This document shows, in pieces, positions 25,350 through 39,170 of a DNA stretch of 64,000 nt. Numbering within the stretch: position 1 is the first letter of the stretch; the number at the start of each line of letters is the position of its first letter. Under the pieces are notes generated by a model. That model saw only the letters and a program-made list of their open reading frames with translations. It was not told the DNA's origin and did no database searches. A program made the translations under genes and the position numbers. The stretch is from Mobula hypostoma (Eukaryota): the NCBI RefSeq assembly GCF_963921235.1, contig NC_086097.1, positions 118,980,001 through 119,044,000 on the forward strand. The letters run 5' to 3'.

Positions 25350-26280
25350 TAAATGGGAATACATTGCATTTAGATATTGGATATGAACTAGAACTGATAG
25401 AAAATGTTAAAGGAGGGGATCTTTCATACATACTGCCTATATATAATAGAGTACGTGTTAAGATTGAGAAAGATCCAAGAATGGTAAAGATTTGGAGCAA
25501 TCCCAATTTTGACAAGATGAATGTAGAAATTATGTAAACAAAATGCACATAAATATTGGCAAACGCTAATATAAAGTAGCAATGAGAAACATTCCAATTG
25601 GCACTCACCGGAGTGACAAGAAAATACATGCTGGATATAATCCAGAGAAAACTATCACTCAATTCGACTGTCAGATGAATAAAAACATAAGGGAAATTTG
25701 AAGGCGGTGAAGAAGTAAACATCAAATACATGATCGTTAGGGTGGAGTATAATTAGTTAAATATCAAGAGATAAGAAAAAAGGCAAAATAACTCTAAGAA
25801 GTGCAATAAGATAAAATCATTAACAAATACAAAATATAAAATTATTCTACAGTTGCATAAATTAATATATTAGGATGGGAACAAGTTTATAGGATGTCAT
25901 TGGAGATAGTGAGAGAGAAATAACAAAATTGATTATGAGTTCACTTTATGATTTAAGGTAAAGGAATAAGGCAGACGTGCTCAGAAGATGAGGGTGGAAA
26001 TAATATCAGGGCAATCAAACGCTGAAAAAGAAACACATACATTAACTAAGCGGATGGAGTATGGAATCTCTGCTCTGGATATATTGTTCTCATCCGTGTT
26101 TTAAAAACTGAGGGAAGGGTCACTGAGACACTGCTGAACATTTTTATTAATTCCCGAAGGAAGGTTACAGTGTGTGAGAAATAGCAATTACACAAAGTTA
26201 TACCTTCATTTTATAAGGAAGATAAAAGTTGTCATGGGGTTAATTGACTAGTCATCTTAATCTAATGTTAGAAAAGATCA
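25350..26280 (+). mobile_element. Possible very old CR1 remnant
   Basis: Purine-rich sequence with faint echoes of CR1 (SPGPD-like at ~26065, VIPSFYK-like at ~26200); highly degenerate. Confidence 0.3.
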
Positions 26281-26289
26281 TCCAGAAGC

Positions 26290-26682
26290 CTGACTCACGT
26301 CTCCCCAAACAGATCCTTTACTCACATTTGAATGATGGTCACTGAGCCCCTGGTAAGCAAAGGAAACACATCAAAATCAGCCTGAAGAAACTCAGCATTA
26401 CTTATAAAAACTGAGAAGGCATTACACTCAATAGATGCACCTGGAGGAAATCTGTTCAGGAGGGAACTGTGCTACATGAGAGTGACCATTGCTGTGCTGC
26501 AGAGAGCATGCGGTAGCTGCGAACAGAGAGACAGGACCCAAACGCTAACCACAGCCACCACTTGCTTGTACCCACACTGCACAAGAATACGTGGATCCTG
26601 GATCGGCCTTTCACAGCCATCTGAGGACCCACTAATAGACAACCCCTTAGGAGAACATCATTCTCAGCTTGAGTGATTGCAC
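26290..26682 (+). mobile_element. RTE (BovB-like) LINE 3' end
   Basis: C-terminal zinc-finger-like PHCTRIRGSWIGL.SHLRTH; 3' end shared with 34060-34180. Confidence 0.65.
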
Positions 26683-27241
26683 TAAAAGCGATGTCAAAGT
26701 ACATACGGATCACTGAAACTAGCCTTGCAAATTACCAAGCATATAACAGCACATCAGCATTAGAAATAGGAGACAAGTGATCAAAGTTAAAGCCAAAGTA
26801 AATTTATTATCAAAGTACATACATGTCACCATATATTACCTTGAAAATCTACATTGAGCAATGTGGTCTCTCAAACCTGCTCCACCTTACAATAAGATAG
26901 CAGCCGACCTGAACTTGACCTCAGCTTCTTTTCCAACCTGATACATCACTAGACCAAAGATCTTTCTAGAATATCACTTATTATTGAACATACATCTCTC
27001 TCTACGGTGGAGAATTCTGAAGAGCCACAACTTTCCGGGAGAAGCAATTTTTCCTCACCTGCCTTAAGTGAGTGACTTTCTGATTCTGAGATAATGTATC
27101 TGATCTCAATGTTTGCTGCTTTGTATGTCCTAGAATATAACCTTAAGGTTTATAGTCTTGTTTGGTTTTGATTCCATTATTTTTCTTAAAGCATTCTCTC
27201 ATTCAACAGAGTTTGCTTTAAGCCTGTCTCTCTCTTGTTCC

Positions 27242-27249
<8 letters not shown>

Positions 27250-27275
<26 letters not shown>
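27250..27275. repeat. (CT)n microsatellite
   Basis: Direct observation. Confidence 0.9.
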
Positions 27276-28046
27276 GCCATCAGGTTTTCTACCGTTAAAG
27301 TTAAAATTTCAAAGTAAACCTTTTATCAAAGGGCATATATCTAGCCATATACAACCTTGATTCATTTTCTTGCAGGCATTCACAGTAAATAAAACAAATT
27401 TCACATCACATGCCAGTGATAATAAACCTGATTCTGATTCTGATTGTGAAACACAATTGAGTCAAGAGAGGACCACCTCCAACAGGACTGGCAAACAAAC
27501 AAACTGTGCAATTACAAAAAAAAAAGCAATAATAATAGAAAACACTCTACACTCGAAAACTTTCAGGTTAACAGTACATAATTCTTCTGTCCCAACACTT
27601 AGTTATGATGCTGATGGTGTGTCATTTGTCCCAGTGTTTCCTGTTTCCCACTTTCTTGCTGATGATTTAGGGTGACTGCTTTTTGTTAGAAAGAGCATAT
27701 ATATGCAAGGTAATCAGGTGAAGGTTCACACTGTAACCTTTTACAGAGCCTTATGTAATAAACTCCTATTTCACATAAGAGCATAGATTAAGTGTAAGAT
27801 TATCTGAGAAACTCAGCTTTGTGATTTAATAAGAGATATCTGCACAATAAATCTGTTGTTTTGTAATTATTTATTTGTAAAAACAGCTTGTTAGAGATGT
27901 CAACTCAGATCATTTAGGGCTTTGGCTCTTTCAGAACTATCAGCGGCTTCAATGACTGTATAATAACACAAGAAGATGCAGATGCTGGAAACCTTGAACA
28001 ACACACACAAAATTATAAAGGAAATCAGCAAGTTAGGCAACATCTA

Positions 28047-28328
28047 ATGTAGCAGTTAGCACAACTCCATTACTGCTTGGGCGTCGGAGTTTGGAGTTCA
28101 GTTCTGATGTCATCTGAAAGGAAGTTTATACATTCGTCCCGTCTGCATGTGGGTTTCCTCTAGGTGCTCCAGTTTCCTCCCACAGTCCAAAGACATACTG
28201 GTTAGTAGGTTAGTTGGTCATTGTAAAATATCAGGTGATCATGCTAGGGTTAAGTTGGTGAGTTGCTGGGCAGCGCGTCTCAGTTGGCCAGAAGGGCCTT
28301 TTCCACTCTGTATCTCTAAATACATAAA
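28047..28328 (+). mobile_element. V-SINE (HE1-like) with CR1-type tail
   Basis: V-domain GTGGGTTTCCTCTAGGTGCTCCAGTTTCCTCCCACAGTCCAAAGAC; tail GAAGGGCC...CTGTATCTCTAAA. Confidence 0.8.
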
Positions 28329-29334
28329 TCATTGCAGTAAATCAGTTGCCAGTTGCAAGATCAATGAAGAATTCTCTAATCTATGTCTATTGAAGTTCCT
28401 GGTCTGCAGTTTGTGGATTGCACTCTAGTTACTGGTTGCTCCTTTTTCTGTTCCTATTTTGGGCGACTTTGAATGGGGGCATCCTGCAGATAATGAACAC
28501 TGAGCTCAACGGAATATGGGCTCTTTCAACTCTTTCAATTGTCTGTTCATATTTTGTGCCTTTGCTTGTTCTTTCCTGTTGCCAGTTACGTGATTTATTT
28601 TATTGAGTGTGGGGGGGCTGATATTGTTGTTGCCTTTCGTGCAACTTTTTGCACATGGGGGGGCGGGTGGTGTTGATGTTCTTGTTGCCATCCGCACATT
28701 TTTTTGCATGTGGAGGGTTGATTTTTTTTTAACGGGTTCCATGGTTTTCTTTATTTCATGGCTGTCTGTGGAGAAGATGAATCTTAGGGTTGTATATTGC
28801 GTACATACTTTAATAATAAAAATGCTTTGAATCCTTCTTTTCAGGACTTTTCTAATCCAGCCACTTGACCTACAAATGTCAAGTCCTGGGACAGTAACGC
28901 CACAATGGCCAGGGTACTTCCATCACTGAGCATTGCCACCGGCTGCATAAATAAATAGGAACTCACAGGCTTATAGCACTCCTCCTCCTCCACCGGGTAT
29001 TCAAGAGCAGCTGAGTACAGATTCTGATTATGATAGCAAAACCCACACATGACAGCAAGCATTTCCCACCACAACTTTGCAATAAAAAGAGCAGGAAATA
29101 TCCACCTTTAATAGATAATAAGTTTGGGCCTTGGTTTAACAGACTTTCAGAGACATATTTAAATGCTGCTGCCGTTACAAAAAGAAATGCATCCATACTG
29201 TGTATTTAATTTTATGCTTCTTAAGTTTAACACCAGAATTAGAATTAGGTTTATTATCCCTATCTTATGACATGGATTAACAATCACAACTGTTGCAAGG
29301 AAATTAAAATAATTATGGTGGTCTTACCTAGGTT

Positions 29335-29825
29335 ATTAAGAAGGCGCATTGTGTGTTGGCCTTCATTAGTCGAGGGACTGAGTTCAAGAGTTGCAAGGTA
29401 ACGTTACAGCTCTATAAAACTCTGGTTTGGCCATACTTGGAGTATTGTGGTCAGTTCTGACTGCCTCCTTATAGGGAGGATGTGGAAGTTTAGGGAGGAT
29501 GCAGAGATTTACCAGGATGCTGCTTAAATTATTAAGCATGTCTTGTGAGGATAGATTGGGTGAACAAGGGCTTTTCTTTTCACAGTAAAGAATGATAAGA
29601 GCTGACTTGATACATATGTACATATGTACAAGATGACACGTCTCATTGATAGCCAGAGACATTTTTTTCTCAGCATGGAAATAGCTAATATGGGGGAGAT
29701 TAACTTTAAGGTTATTGGGGGAAAGTATAGGGGCGATGTCAGAGGTAATTTTTTACACAGAGAGTAGTGTTTGTATGGAATGTGCTGCCAGGGTATTGGT
29801 AGATGCAGATCTATTAGGGACTTTA
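29335..29825 (+). mobile_element. CR1 3' fragment, degenerate
   Basis: LQLYKTLVWPYLEYCGQF-like, FTQRVVFVWNVLP. Confidence 0.8.
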
Positions 29826-30462
29826 TGAGCTTTTTTAATTACTGTATATATAATTATTTATATATTTATTTTTCATATAATTATTTATTCTTAAAATGAT
29901 TGTATGTTTTTTGTGGTACGTTGTGCCCTGACCAACATATTGCAGCAAATTTCTAATACATGAGAATGTATAAGGCAAATAAAATTCGTCCTTGATCTTT
30001 GAGGTGGGCTTACTTTGTTAGACAACAAAGTTGGCATGGACGAGTTGACCTAAAGGCTTTATTTCCTCTCGATACAAAAAGAGACTCTATGGCTATCAAC
30101 AAGGGCCCAGTTAGTGGGCAGATCCTCACCCACAACAGTGGGTTTACTCCGGCACCTGGTTTAAATCACTTGAGTATCAAGGCTGGCATAAAGTTCTGGT
30201 GTAAGCTGATTTGTTGGTTCCAGGTGGTGAACAGAAATCAACCAGGGTTCCCCAGAAACCTAAGAAATGAGAAAAACTTTCAGCTTGGTTATGATATTTC
30301 CCTGTCTACTGGCCCCATGGCTTTTAGATGAATCATCTTTTTTCAGGAGAGGAAAGGAGAGAAAAGCAAGATAAAATGATACCGGAGATATTTTTTTCTG
30401 TGGCATACGCTCAATCACCAATCAGAGAAAAGAATGGATGAAACACAAAATGTCAGCATATA

Positions 30463-31051
30463 CACTCAGTGGTCACTTTATCAGGTATACCTGCACATCT
30501 GCTTGCTAATGCAACATCTGGTGAGCTAATCATATGGCAGCAACTCAATGTATAAGAGCATGAAGACATGGTGAAGGGATTCAGCTGTTGTTCAGAGTGA
30601 GGAAGAAATGTGATCCAAGTGACTTGGTTTGAGTACCTCAGAAACTGCTGATCTTCTGGGACTTTCATGCACAACAGACTCTAGAGCAGGGGTTACTAAC
30701 CTTTTTTATGTCATGGACCCTATCATTAACTGTGGGGTCTGCGGACACCAGGTTTGGAACCTACCTCTGCTCTAGAGTTTACAGAGAAAGGTGTGAAAAA
30801 CAACCAAAAAAATCATCCAGTGACTGGCACTTCCTGTTAATGAGAGAGGCCAGACTGGTTCAAACTGACAGGAATGCGATAGTAACTCAAATAACCATGT
30901 GTTACATCAGTGGTGTGCAGAAGAGCACCTCTTAGTGTGCAATATGTTGAACCTTGAAGTAGATGCACTACAGTGGCAGAAAACCACAAACATACACTCA
31001 ATGGCAATGTTATTATGTACAGGAGGTACCTAATAAAGTGGCCACTGAGTA
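30463..31051. mobile_element. Tc1/mariner-type non-autonomous element (MITE)
   Basis: TA followed by TIR CACTCAGTGGTCACTTTATCAGGTA; right TIR TACCTAATAAAGTGGCCACTGAGT; related copies at 38750-38937 and 52461-53145. Confidence 0.8.
30687..30769. mobile_element. 83-bp hAT (Charlie/MER5-like) MITE nested in the Tc1 MITE
   Basis: Perfect 8-bp TSD CTCTAGAG at 30679-30686 and 30770-30777; CAGGGGTT...CTG termini. Confidence 0.8.
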
Positions 31052-31167
31052 CATACACAGGAAGAGAGTTTGGTCCGGATTTTCTGTTGCGGTGTAGAGA
31101 AAGAAAATTCTACAACACTTTGTATAATCTTCTGGATAAGAGCACTAATGGGAAACCTAAACACAAG

Positions 31168-32302
31168 AAACATAGAAACATAGAAAATAGGTGCAGGAGT
31201 AGGCCATTCAGCCCTTCGAGCCTGCACCGCCATTTATTATGATCATGGCTGATCATCCAACTCAGAACCCAGCCTTCCCTCCATACCCCCTGACCCCTGT
31301 AGCCACAAGGGCCATATCTAACTTCCTTTTAAACATAGCTAATGAACTGGCCTCAACAGTTTGCTGTGGCAGAGAATTCCACAGATTCACCACTCTCTGT
31401 GTGAAGAAGTTTTTCCTAACCTCGGTCCTAAAAGGCTTCCCCTCTATCCTCAAACTGTGACCCCTCGTTCTAGACCTCCCCAACATCGGGAACAATCTTC
31501 CCGCATCTAGCCTGTCCAATCCCTTTAGGATCTTATACGTTTCAATCAGATCCCCCCTCAATCTTCTAAATTCCAACGAGTACAAGCCCAGTTCATCCAG
31601 TCTTTCTTCATATGAAAGACCTGCCATCCCAGGAATCAATCTGGTGAACCTTCTTTGTACTCCCTCTATGGCAAAGATGTCTTTCCTCAGATTAGGGGAC
31701 CAAAACTGCACACAATACTCCAGGTGTGGTCTCACCAAGGCCTTGTACAACTGCAGTAGTACCTCCCTGCTCCTGTACTCGAATCCTCTCGCTATAAATG
31801 CCAGCATACCGTTCGCCTTTTTCACCGCCTGCTGTACCTGCATGCCCACTTTCAATGACTGGTGTATAATGACACCCAGGTCTCGTTGCACCTCCCCTTT
31901 TCCTAATCGGCCACCATTCAGATAATAATCTGTTTTCCTATTTTTGCCACCAAAGTGGATAACTTCACATTTATCCACATTAAATTGCATCTGCCATGAG
32001 TTTGCCCACTCACCCAACCTATCCAAGTCACCCTGCATCCTCTTAGCATCCTCCTCACTGCTAACACTGCCACCCAGCTTCGTGTCATCCGCAAACTTGG
32101 AGATGCTGCATTTAATTCCCTCATCCAAGTCATTAATATATATTGTAAACAACTGGGGTCCCAGCACTGAGCCTTGCGGTACCCCACTAGTCACCGCCTG
32201 CCATTCTGAAAAGGTCCCGTTTATTCCCACTCTTTGCTTCCTGTCTGCTAACCAATTCTCCACCCACACCAATACCTTACCCCCAATACCGTGTGCTTTA
32301 AG
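31168..32302 (-). mobile_element. Young CR1, 5'-truncated; uninterrupted 336-aa RT C-terminal ORF (31262..32272)
   Basis: VPQGSVLGP, KFADDTKL, RPHLEYCVQFW; (TTCTATGT)n tail; inserted into a Penelope-type end (31160-31167 and 32303-32430). Confidence 0.95.
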
Positions 32303-33599
32303 AGCTTCTGTATATGCTGGAAATCAGAGAAACACACAGAAATTCTGGAGGAATGCAGCAGGTCAGGTGGCATCTGTGGAAAGGAATAAAGAGTTGACGT
32401 TTTGAACCAATACCTTTCATCGGGATCCAGAAATCTACTTTTTTGTCCCAAAGTATCAAAATTCAATCAATTTTAAATGTAAAAACAAAATTGGAAAGGA
32501 TAATATTTGCCAAATTAGACCAAATTTAAAATGCAGCTAACATGCCACAATGCACTATATACTAACATAGTAAAGAACTTAAGAATTTAAGAATTAGGAG
32601 GTGAAGGCAGTGTAAGCCTTTGAACCTGCTCTGTTAATCTGTAAGATCATAGCTGAACTTTTATCTGATGATCCCCAGATCTCTTAATTTCTTTGGTGTG
32701 CAGAAATCTATTGATCTGAGCCGTCAGTGCACTGGGTAACTGAGAGTTTGTAGTACTCTGGGGATGGGTCTACTTTCATCTGACTTGTTTAACGTTACCC
32801 CACTTTCAAGCACATCCATTGCTCAGATCCATCGTTTGTCTGGATATTTAACAACCACATGCTGCCTCAGGGCATTTAATCAAGGGACTAGAATGTCCAA
32901 ATTGTGTCTGCCTCTCTTAGGTGCTGTGTGAATGATGTGTTTGTTTAAGAGAACAGGAAAGACAACTATAATATTCCAGTTGGACAGGTGCAAATGAAGG
33001 AAGGTAAAAATAGGATATTAGTATTTTATTAATGCTTTTCCAATATGTATGCATTTTGAAATAGAACCTTATGGGGAATATAGGATGACTGATGAAAGCT
33101 TAGTATATTTTTTGGATTTCTAGCCGATTGTGGACCTGACAACTTTTACAGTTTTCAATCCTTCTAACAACTTTGCATTTTCTCTCAACTCATTTTTTAT
33201 TCACTTCCATAAACTAAAATTGTCAGTCTAATATATTCATCATTTGATGTATTTTAAATTTTACAAGGCTGCTTTCATGAATAATGTTTTACTAAGTTGC
33301 TAAGCATTACCTTTCCAGTGCAATCAACGTTTCTAGAATCAACTGCCACATGTAATTCCATGTTTTCCATTTCCAAAAAGCTGACAATTGAGGTTTTTAA
33401 TGACATGAAAATTGATATGGACAGTAGATCATTAATTACAGTGGCTTGAGAATGATAGTGATGATCATTCCTGTTGGTGAAAGGAAAGAAGTCAAAAGGT
33501 ATAATGGTCAGCTCACCTGCCTGTGACCACATATTACATTTCACTTTACTCTGATGAGAAGTTTAAATCTTTCCTCATGTCTCAGAGTTTCTACTCCAA

Positions 33600-34182
33600 A
33601 GGTTATCATCTTGTTGTGGTGAAGAGACTGCTGAATATCTAAGATCTCAAGACTCACGTTGTCTGGAGCTAAACTCCTGGTAGGCTGTATGTTCAAGGGG
33701 GAAGCTCCAGACAAAGTGCGATCCCATGAAGACTTCAACTGTGGAGCTGCTGGAAGATGATGCCGCATCTCAACGGTAGTGAAGGAGGAGGAAGGCTGCA
33801 CCAGTAAAGGATACCCAGTCATCTTGCACTCCATGCCACTGGGCCCTGGCACTGATCTGTTAAGGTCTGTGTGCTGGCTGCCCGCGCATCATCTTCCCCA
33901 CGGTAAACAAATTCTCCATTAATTAAATCCAACCTAACATCCCAGATTAGGTCCCGTGGTGATCAGCAAGTGGTGAAGGAGGCAGGACTGTGAGGTCTGG
34001 GTGAGACCAGGATCCATGGTGCTGGGATTATGAAGGGCAACTGATGGAGGAGAAAGACAGTTACCCTTGCCCACACTGCATCAGAATATGTGGATACCAG
34101 GTCAGCCTCTACAGTCACCTGGGGACCCACCAATAGACAATCTCTTTGGAGAACATCATACTCAACTCAAGTGATTGCACCT
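33600..34182 (+). mobile_element. RTE-clade element, internally deleted
   Basis: CTCCTGGTAGG...CCAGACAAAG resembles an RTE/Rex3 5' UTR; 3' end CPHCIRICG plus a tail matching 26620-26682. Confidence 0.5.
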
Positions 34183-34214
34183 TCCTACTAGTTCTTATTT
34201 AAATGGCTTCAGCA

Positions 34215-34960
34215 CTGTTTAGGTGTACAGGTGTGAGATAGACAAGCTGGCTGAGTGATCTCGCAAGAACAACTTTGCACTCAATGTCGGTAGGACCAAG
34301 GAATTGATTATGGACTTCAGCAAGGGGAATTCAAGGGAACACATACCAGTCCTCATCAAGGTATCAGCAGTGGAAAGAGCGAGCAGTTTCAAGCTTCCGG
34401 GCTTAACAACGCTGAAGATCTATCCTGATTCCAAAATATTAAAGCAACTTGAAAGAAAACATGACAGTGGCTGTATTTCATTAGGAGTTAGAGGAGACTT
34501 GATACGTCGCTAAAGACTCCAACAAATTTGAGCAGATGTGCAGTGAAGAGCATTCAACCTATTGCATCACCATTTTGAGCGGAGGGGTGACTGCACAGGA
34601 TCAGTTAAAACAGCCAGTAATGTTCTGGGTGCTAGCCTCTGTAATATCAAGGACATCTTCAAAAGGCAATGCCCCAAAAAGACTACATCCCCCATGACAT
34701 GTCCTCTTCTCATTGCTACCATTAAGTAAGTACCGGAGCCTGAAGGCATACAGTCATCATTTTAGGAACAGCTTCTTCCACTCTGTCATCCGATCTCTGA
34801 ATGGAGAATGGAAACTTTTTTTGTTAGGGTGGATTCCCTTAATGGAAAACATCTGATTTTGTTTAACGCAAGGAGGCTGATGCACAGGCAGCCACGATGG
34901 AAAATAACAAATTTCATGACATACACCAGTGATATTAAACCTAATTATCCTTCTGATTCT
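34215..34960 (+). mobile_element. Rex1/Babar-type 3' fragment
   Basis: NNFALNVGRTKELIMDF...FRNSFF; 3' UTR AACAAATTTCATGACATACACCAGTGATATTAAACC. Confidence 0.8.
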
Positions 34961-36409
34961 TCTGGTTCATTTTGGTCATTGTTTACTTCTCTTTGTACAA
35001 TCCTGTGCTTTGTACTTGCATTTGTTATAATTCCTCTGCCATTTGTCATTATTGTGCATACTCTACCTGGCTAATTCTGTGGGTACAGATCTTTCCCTGA
35101 TCTGGTTTCCTCTCCTATGTTGAAAAATGTGATGATTTTGTACTATTTATGAATCTAGTTCATTTGCATAAGTTAGAACCCCAAAGCTTCCCAGTTGGTT
35201 CATATCTCCCTTGACCTTAATTCCCTTAATGCATTTCAATTACTTACTAATGCATCTTCAAAAGTGCAACCAAAACTCAGGGTTTGCAGCTGCATGGGAG
35301 TTTGACTACTTGAAAGTTGCTCTTGAATTCAATTAGCATCTTGACTTAAAATATGTTGCCATCACTCCATTGCTGAACCTTTCATAAGAGAACCAAATTA
35401 TATTCCTTTATGTTCCCTCTAAGTATTTTCACTGCAACAAAATCAGTGTTTCAAGAAATCTCTTACCAGCATTTGCTCAGCAATGTAATATATATACACA
35501 TAAATCAAGATTTTGCTGGTAAATGTCCACAGAGCAGGTACTTTCATTTCAAAATTTCTGTCATACACTCACTCATTGATGGTTGATGAGTATCTTTCAA
35601 TGTGCTCTTGCACCACGGTCTCCTGAAACAGAATTAGTCCTTGACGAGACACTCCAGAATTTATTGATTACAATGGGAATCTAAGACAGCAGAGGGAAAA
35701 ATTAAAGATATAGTTCATTAAAAAAATATTTTTGATTTAATGTTATCAAATGTATAACTGTATTTTCAAATATGTTTCCTTTTTTAAAAATAAAAAATAT
35801 TTTTCATATCTCTTATTTCAATTTAATAATCTTCATGTTTCTGAATAATGAGGGTTTTTCCATTGCTTTATTCAAGACTTGAAATTTCTCAAGGAATCAC
35901 AATAATCTCCAGGATTCCTTAGGCCAGGATATAGTCCTTCACATTCTCATGAAGCATGCCTGAAAGCTTTAATATGGCCATTGGGTCGACCTGATGGTGT
36001 CTGGGTCAATGTTATCTAAAACGGAAACTTTGATGCTTTTTTCATCCTGCGGGAGGTAGAGAAATCTGAATCCCCATGCAACCCACTTCCTTATCTCAGC
36101 AATGGAACATTGCTGACCAATTCTTGCAAAACCATGGACTTGCTTTTGGCTGTGTCTTTATTTTGTTGCACTAAGGTCTTTCATTTGTGGTCTTTTTATT
36201 TTGTACAATCTGTATTCTGTATCCAGGTGCCAGCTGTGCTGTTGCTAGCAATTCTTTCACTGTAATCTGCTTCACCATGCTTGTGCACATGACAATAAAC
36301 TTGATTTGAATTTCCTTCCATCCTAACAAATGACATTAATTTGTCCCACAACTTGCTCTAGTGAGGAACTTTTCAAATGCCTTTTAATAGTTACTTTTCA
36401 TATTTAAGA

Positions 36410-37692
36410 ACATTTGAACATAGAAATAGGAGCAGGAGTAGGCCATCTGGCCCATCGAGCCTGCTCTGCCACTCAATCAGGTCACAGCTGATCTGGTCAT
36501 GGATTCATCTCTACCTACCTGCTTTTTCCCCATAACCCTTTAATCCCCTACTACGCAAAAATCCATCCAACCTGGTCTTAAATATACTCACTGAGGTAGT
36601 CTCCATTGTTTCATTGGGCAGAGAATTTCATAGAAACTGGGAAAATCAGTTTCTCCTCATATCCATCCTAAATCTACTCCCTCGAATCCTGAGGCTATGG
36701 CCCTGAATTCTGGTCTCAGCTATCAGTGGAAACAACTTTACTGCCTCTATCTTATCTATCCCTTTCATAATTTTATATGTTTCTATAAGATCTCCTCTAA
36801 TTCTTCTGAAGTCCAGCGAGTACAGTCCCAGGCAACTCAATCTCTCCTCATAGTCTAACCTCCTCATCTCCGGAATCAACCTGATGAACCTCCTCTTTTC
36901 CGCCTCCAAAGCAAGTATATTCTTCCTCAAGAAAGGAGACCAGAACTGCAGACAGTACTCCAGGAGTGGCCTCACCAGTACCCTGTACAGCTGTAGCATA
37001 ACCACCCTGCTCTTAAATTCCCTCTGGCAATGAAGACCAAAAAGAGAAAATCTGCAGATGCTGGAAATCCGAACAACACACACAAAATGCTTGAGCATCT
37101 CAGCAGGCCAGGCAGCATCTATGGAAAAAAAGTATAGTCAATGTTTCAGGTCAACATCCCATTTGCCTTCTTGGAGATAGTTTACTGCACCTGCAGACCA
37201 ACCTTTTGTGATTCATGCTCACTCGCATGTCTTTCTGCACAGCAGCATGGAGTAATCTTTTACAATTTAAAAAATAATCTGCTTTTCTATTTTCCCTTCC
37301 AAAGTGGATGACCTCACATTTACCAACATTGTATTCCATCTGCCAGACCCTTGCCTACTCACCTAATATATCCACATCTCTCTGCAGACTCTCCGTATCT
37401 TCTGCACAATTTGCTTTTCTTCTCAATTTAGTATCATCAGCAAATTTAGATACACTACATTCAGTCCCCTCTTCAAGGTCGTTAACGCACATCGTGAACA
37501 GTTGTGGATCCAGCACTGACCCCTGTGACACACTGCTCACCACTGATTGCCAACCAGAGTAATATCCATGTATCCCAACTCTCTGCTTTCTATTAGTTAA
37601 CCAATCCTCTATCCATGCTAATACATCACCCCCAATTCTATGCATCCTTATCTAATGGATAAGTACTTTATGTGGCACCTTATTGAACGCCC
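36410..37692 (-). mobile_element. CR1 RT/3' fragment interrupted by a Penelope-type end (37040-37152)
   Basis: ORFs 36646..37098, 37151..37339 and 37355..37645 (KFADDTKL). Confidence 0.9.
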
Positions 37693-38749
37693 ATCTGTTC
37701 CTATACTCCTAACCTCCTAAGAGTACAGGTAACAGCAGATGACTGAAGACAATTTCAATAGTTACAATTGCAGAGTTTACTTCAATGCATTGAAAACAGA
37801 CATTTAGCTCCACTGGATTATATATTTATAATGGGAGCATATTGCAACTGATGAGACATGTCTTAATACTCAAACCATTTAAGTACTCAAGGACCATTGT
37901 TGGGACAAAATAATTCACATGAATAATCTAAACGCTTCTCAGGAAAGAAACTCCAGGCACTCAGAATGACTTTCCTGAGAGCTACGCCTTGGACTAAACA
38001 AATCAGTTTTAAAACTATATCTCCTATTCCTCTTCAGTCTCCTTCTTCTATGAGTCAGTGACTGTCTCCCTTCAGATATGGTGCTTATTCATGCAGATGT
38101 ATGTTTAAGTTCAAAACTGATTGTTGCTTGTTATTCACATTTTGTAGTTCATAAAGGCTGTTTTTTGTTTATATCAATGGTTACTGAATCTTAAACTATA
38201 TACTTTAACAATGTTATTTTGTGCAAACACCTTCTGCACTCCAACATATTTTCCCATCAACCTAATAATTAATTCTTCCAACTTTCCACAAGATATTACC
38301 TTTGTGTTTTCATATGGTTTTTTAATTAAATATTCATCAAAGTTGCTTCAACTTCTGTGTTTTTCCTAAGCTTCAGCTTTTTTTTTGCATCTTTTAACTT
38401 TTGGTTCCCCTATTATTGTAGTACTTGTTATGAAAAAAAGGATTTCAATTCCAAAACATTATTTTAGTGAATATTCTGCATAACAACAATCTTGTAGTCC
38501 AACAATATTGAATACACTTGCAGGTACCAGATAGACTTCAGGCCAAACTCATGTCATTGCAGGAGTGAATGTTGCATATTGCAGGAATATAGTGGATCTC
38601 GGAACCTGGATCTGCAATGTCCTCCTTACAGGCCCAGAAGGTGAACCTTTAGGATTTTCAGGGTCAGCAAAAACCACCTCCACTTTCCAACTGCTCTGCA
38701 GTAAATGTGCCTACTTCATAGAATCAGAGATTTTTGTTGCAATTTACAA

Positions 38750-38937
38750 CTCAGTGAACATTTTATTAGGTACCCCCTCTGAGTGTTTGTTCATGGTCTT
38801 CTGCTGCTGTAGCCCACCCACTGCAAGATTTGACATGTTGGCATTCAGAGATGCTTTTCTGCACGCCACTGTTGTAACGTGTGGTCATTTGAGTTTCTGT
38901 CATCTGCCTGTCATCTTCAACAAGTCTGGCCATCCTC
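38750..38937. mobile_element. Partial Tc1-type MITE
   Basis: TIR-like CTCAGTGAACATTTTATTAGGTAC; antisense similarity to 30840-31000. Confidence 0.6.
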
Positions 38938-39170
38938 TTCAGTTTCCTGCCCTTCTGAACCACAAGGCCAGACTCAGTTCCAGAGGCACGGCCACTGTTG
39001 TTTCCCCAGGTAGGTCCGCCCACCCAATGGTACTCAAAATGGAGCACTCATAGTTGAGGGAGGTGGCCTCAGGGGTGATCTCAAATATCTGATCTTCTCC
39101 TTTCCTTCCCCTGACAGTCACCCATTTATCTGTCTTCTGTAGCCTTGGTGCAACTATATTCTTGTAGACC
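38938..39170 (-). mobile_element. CR1 ORF1 fragment
   Basis: WVTVRG...SILSTIG..DLPG, homologous to 7630-7740. Confidence 0.6.

Noticed and set aside
25342..25731. 129-aa hydrophobic ORF as a membrane protein
   Set aside because: It is the T-rich antisense of purine-rich, probably decayed LINE sequence, with no recognisable motif or gene context.
31644..32405. Plus-strand ORFs repeated at 60611..61315
   Set aside because: They are antisense shadow frames of the CR1 RT and recur only because the CR1 copies are near-identical.
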